DNA of 25,858 nt, from the IMG/VR virus record IMGVR_UViG_3300040816_000814, positions 1-25,858 of that record, one strand, 5' to 3'. This DNA is from a virus. Lineage: Duplodnaviria > Caudoviricetes. Below are positions 23,343-25,858 of this stretch, piece after piece. The notes below the pieces were generated by a model, which was not told where the DNA came from, did no database searches, and saw nothing but the letters and a program-made list of their open reading frames with translations. Each line of letters opens with the position of its first letter. Position 1 is the first letter of the stretch. The translations under genes were made by a program, and so were the position numbers.

Positions 23343-24254
23343 TTATGCACCTTCAACGCCGAAGATACCTCTATAATCAGAAACTCCAAAAGAGTATCTT
23401 TCTCTAGCTTTGTATCTTACGTTGCCAGTATCAAAGTCACCTTCCATTGCAGTCTTGATAGACGCTCTGTCAAAGTACTTCATACCATTTGGCACGTCAG
23501 TGATAATGTAGAACGCATCTGGGTCAGTTAAGAAATTGTTCACTCTGTAACCTTGAGGAACCATTCCCATAGACGCAATTGCGTTAATATCATTATCAGC
23601 AGTTCCAACTCTACCTTGAGATTTCATCAATCTCTCAGCAGTAAATTGAAGCTCAGAAGGAACGATCATTTTCACTCCTCTAGCAGCAATTTTAAGACCT
23701 CTTTCGTCAGTCATTGCAGCAATGTCAATTAAAGACTGCTCCAATGAAGTTTCGTTAAGGTCGGCTTGAGTTGCTAAAGTGTTAGCAACTGTACCTGCGA
23801 TTGTTGGGTGAGATGTGTTAAATAATGAAACACCATCACCTGAATCAAAAGCATCGTTAGTTGGTAGACCATTAATTAATGGAGCTACTGCTTTAACTTG
23901 TTTTGTGTTCGCCATAGATCTAGCAAGTGCTTTTGTATATCTACTAGCAAGTCTGTCATACAAGTTATCTTCAATCGCTTCTTCAGTGATTGAAAACGCT
24001 AAAGCTACAGTCTCGTGAGTGTATCTAGCAGTGTATGTCTCTTGAGCATTGTCAAAAGTTACACCCGCACCCTCAGACTTAGTCTGTGCTTGAGCAAAAC
24101 CTGATAACATTACTTCTTCTTCAAACGCTCTGTCTGAAGATTCAGTTGTGTAGATCTCAGCATGCTGATTCTCATAACGTTTATATTCCAAGCCGAATAG
24201 TGCATTCAAACCTGGCTCTAGTTCTTTAACTAGTTGTCCTCTACTTATCGCCAT
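23343..24254 (-). CDS. Major capsid protein (HK97 fold, Mu gpT-like family)
   Basis: 303 aa with 'MAISRGQLVKELEPGLNALFGLEY', 'AFSITEEAIEDNLY', 'GDGVSLFNTSHP', 'MIVPSEL' and 'DFDTGNVRYKARERYSFG'. Follows the scaffold region and is followed by a terminator. Confidence 0.88.
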   Translation of the reverse strand: MAISRGQLVKELEPGLNALFGLEYKRYENQHAEIYTTESSDRAFEEEVMLSGFAQAQTKSEGAGVTFDNAQETYTARYTHETVALAFSITEEAIEDNLYDRLASRYTKALARSMANTKQVKAVAPLINGLPTNDAFDSGDGVSLFNTSHPTIAGTVANTLATQADLNETSLEQSLIDIAAMTDERGLKIAARGVKMIVPSELQFTAERLMKSQGRVGTADNDINAIASMGMVPQGYRVNNFLTDPDAFYIITDVPNGMKYFDRASIKTAMEGDFDTGNVRYKARERYSFGVSDYRGIFGVEGA

Positions 24255-24272
24255 ATCTTATCTCCTATCCGA

Positions 24273-24845
24273 TTAGATTCCAGTTGTAGATTTTAAGAAA
24301 TGCTCATTAATCATAACAACCATATTTACATTAGCAGAACTAATGTCATTGTTGTCAGGATCATTTGAGAAACCTATTAATCTTAACTGTGCTGTTGTTG
24401 ATACTCCAGTTGACTCATCTAATTCTACTTTTGATAGATAGTTAGCTGAATCTCCTGCAACGTAGCTTATGTTATAATTGAAAAATACAGATGCTTGAGT
24501 AATAGCATTTGTACCATTTGATTGTACCTCGAACCTTTCATAAGGATCATCAGAAACAAATCCTACGATATCAGTCGCAGCATTAGATGCTTCTAGGTGA
24601 TTAGCCCATGTTGGTTTCTTAGTTGATGAATCAGTATAGAAAACACCGTTCAGTGAACCTAAAAGTACAGCTGTCGAAGTACTAGCTACACCAATAGTTC
24701 CAGTAGCTAAAGCTTGAACTGGATCATTTTGGTATATAGCTGATGCACTTGCAGCAATACTGTATTCACTTAAACCTTGGTTGTCTCTATTCTGTCCAAC
24801 TTTTCCTATCGGTCTTAGACCGAAAGCAGCGTCTTTATTTGCCAT
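24273..24845 (-). CDS. Head decoration/cement-like virion protein
   Basis: 'MANKDAAFGLRPIG', 'AIYQNDPV' and 'VSDDP..RFEVQ'. AAGGAGG RBS, immediately upstream of the MCP gene. Confidence 0.6.
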   Translation of the reverse strand: MANKDAAFGLRPIGKVGQNRDNQGLSEYSIAASASAIYQNDPVQALATGTIGVASTSTAVLLGSLNGVFYTDSSTKKPTWANHLEASNAATDIVGFVSDDPYERFEVQSNGTNAITQASVFFNYNISYVAGDSANYLSKVELDESTGVSTTAQLRLIGFSNDPDNNDISSANVNMVVMINEHFLKSTTGI

Positions 24846-24910
24846 ATTAGTTGTCCTCCTTAGACATTGTTAGTTTAAGTGTAATTTGTTGGGTAGGAAT
24901 AGTTAAAAAA

Positions 24911-25375
24911 TTAACTTTTCTTTGTACCACCAAAAGTTACACGAGTTTGCCTATCAATATTGATTGGCATACTTGGGTGCTGCTCCTTCATAAGATCGTT
25001 ATCTACTGCCTCAACGTTATCTGATGCTTGTTTTTTATAGTAGTCAGAACGTTGTTTTGCGATCTCTTCCGGTACCCTTGCCAGCACAAGGCCACCAACT
25101 CCGATCACTCCCGCGTATTTACCGTCTTCGACTTGAGGATAGTCCGAGTCTGGATATTCATCAGATCTAACTAATTCGTATCCTGATCTAATTCTTCCTG
25201 CAACATTCTTAGTGTCTTGGAATCCCATAGATTCAACTCTTATCCATCTGTGTACAAATCCTGTCGGTGCAGGGGGTGCATCTAAACTTGATGGTGGAGA
25301 CCAAACTTTTTTATGAGCTGTTTTTTCTCTAGTTTGACTCGCACGCGAGGTTCTTTTATCGTTATTATCTTCCAT
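24911..25375 (-). CDS. Conserved-looking hypothetical head-region protein
   Basis: 154 aa with 'WSPPSSLDAPPAPTGFVHRWIR' and 'GVIGVGGLVLARVPEE'. AAGGAGG RBS inside the end of the scaffold gene. Confidence 0.65.
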   Translation of the reverse strand: MEDNNDKRTSRASQTREKTAHKKVWSPPSSLDAPPAPTGFVHRWIRVESMGFQDTKNVAGRIRSGYELVRSDEYPDSDYPQVEDGKYAGVIGVGGLVLARVPEEIAKQRSDYYKKQASDNVEAVDNDLMKEQHPSMPINIDRQTRVTFGGTKKS

Positions 25376-25379
25376 ATGC

Positions 25380-25856
25380 TTATACCTCCTTCGTGATATT
25401 TAATTGTTTCGCATACTCTTCGAGTGGCACACCTAATTTTTTAGCAATTGCTACCTGAGAGGGTGTGAGTCTCACAGTTCTGCGACCAGTTTTTGTACTT
25501 CTTTTTGCAGATGCAACTGTCTGTACCGGCTTAATCGTTTCCGTGGGTTCTGTTGTAGCAAATTTTTGAGGAAATTCAAGTCTTATTCTTCTATCTATTT
25601 CAGAATAATATTCATCACTTGATGGGTCAAAACCTTCCTGTTCCGTCAATTTTTTATGTAAATCAAACGCAGTGTAAGTCATAGCACTATCTTGACCAAA
25701 CCATGTATTTCTAGATGCCCATGTTTCAGCTTTAGGATCAGGTGTTCCCTGAGCCACGTTTTGTCTATTTAAATTGATATCAGGTGTTCTAACTTCCTGT
25801 TCTTTTTGCTTATTAAACTCTTCTTGTTGAGCTTTCGCTTCTACAAATCTAGCTTG
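25380..25856 (-). CDS. Capsid scaffolding protein, C-terminal part (5' end outside window)
   Basis: Frame is open to the window edge (QARFVEAKAQQEEFNKQKEQE...). Charged helical region, then 'PDPKAETWASRNTWFG' and C-terminal 'VRLTPSQVAIAKKLGVPLEEYAKQ'. Confidence 0.7.
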   Translation of the reverse strand, partial: QARFVEAKAQQEEFNKQKEQEVRTPDINLNRQNVAQGTPDPKAETWASRNTWFGQDSAMTYTAFDLHKKLTEQEGFDPSSDEYYSEIDRRIRLEFPQKFATTEPTETIKPVQTVASAKRSTKTGRRTVRLTPSQVAIAKKLGVPLEEYAKQLNITKEV

Positions 25857-25858
25857 TT

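Noticed and set aside
23284-23360. T7 gp10B-style frameshift or read-through extension of the capsid protein
   Set aside because: No slippery heptamer near the MCP end, and further stops and a terminator follow closely.
22113-24018. + strand ORFs 22113..22439 and 23815..24018
   Set aside because: Antisense shadows of the decoration and capsid genes.
1-25858. tRNA, rRNA, CRISPR array, IS element or integrase
   Set aside because: No cloverleaf, regularly spaced repeats, terminal inverted repeats or recombinase motifs were seen, and coding density leaves almost no room for them.

Overview
A 25.9-kb AT-rich segment of a tailed dsDNA phage genome. Gene order and protein features suggest a short-tailed marine podovirus resembling SAR11/pelagiphage-type and uvMED/vSAG 37-F6-like genomes; this assignment comes from recollection and no search was run. 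The left edge holds the 3' part of a + strand SNF2-type helicase, which ends at a hairpin and a GC-rich element. Almost all of the rest is a - strand virion operon, transcribed right to left: scaffold (cut by the window edge), head proteins, major capsid protein, terminator, two small inserted ORFs, decoration-like proteins, adaptors, fibres (LamG-type and tail-collar), tail nozzle, small proteins, two glycosyltransferases, internal/ejection proteins and a small membrane protein. A + strand cassette of four 2OG-Fe(II) oxygenase genes interrupts the operon between the fibre and nozzle genes. Its putative promoter is built into the start of the nozzle gene. The points most worth following up are the oxygenase cassette plus glycosyltransferases (possible virion-modification system, with one oxygenase carrying HDH instead of HxD), a structured and possibly switch-like leader at 22700-22765, a recurrent GG-x-[I/V] / GIM motif in the ejection proteins, and a His-rich small protein. 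No tRNA, rRNA, CRISPR array, integrase, transposase or reverse transcriptase was seen.
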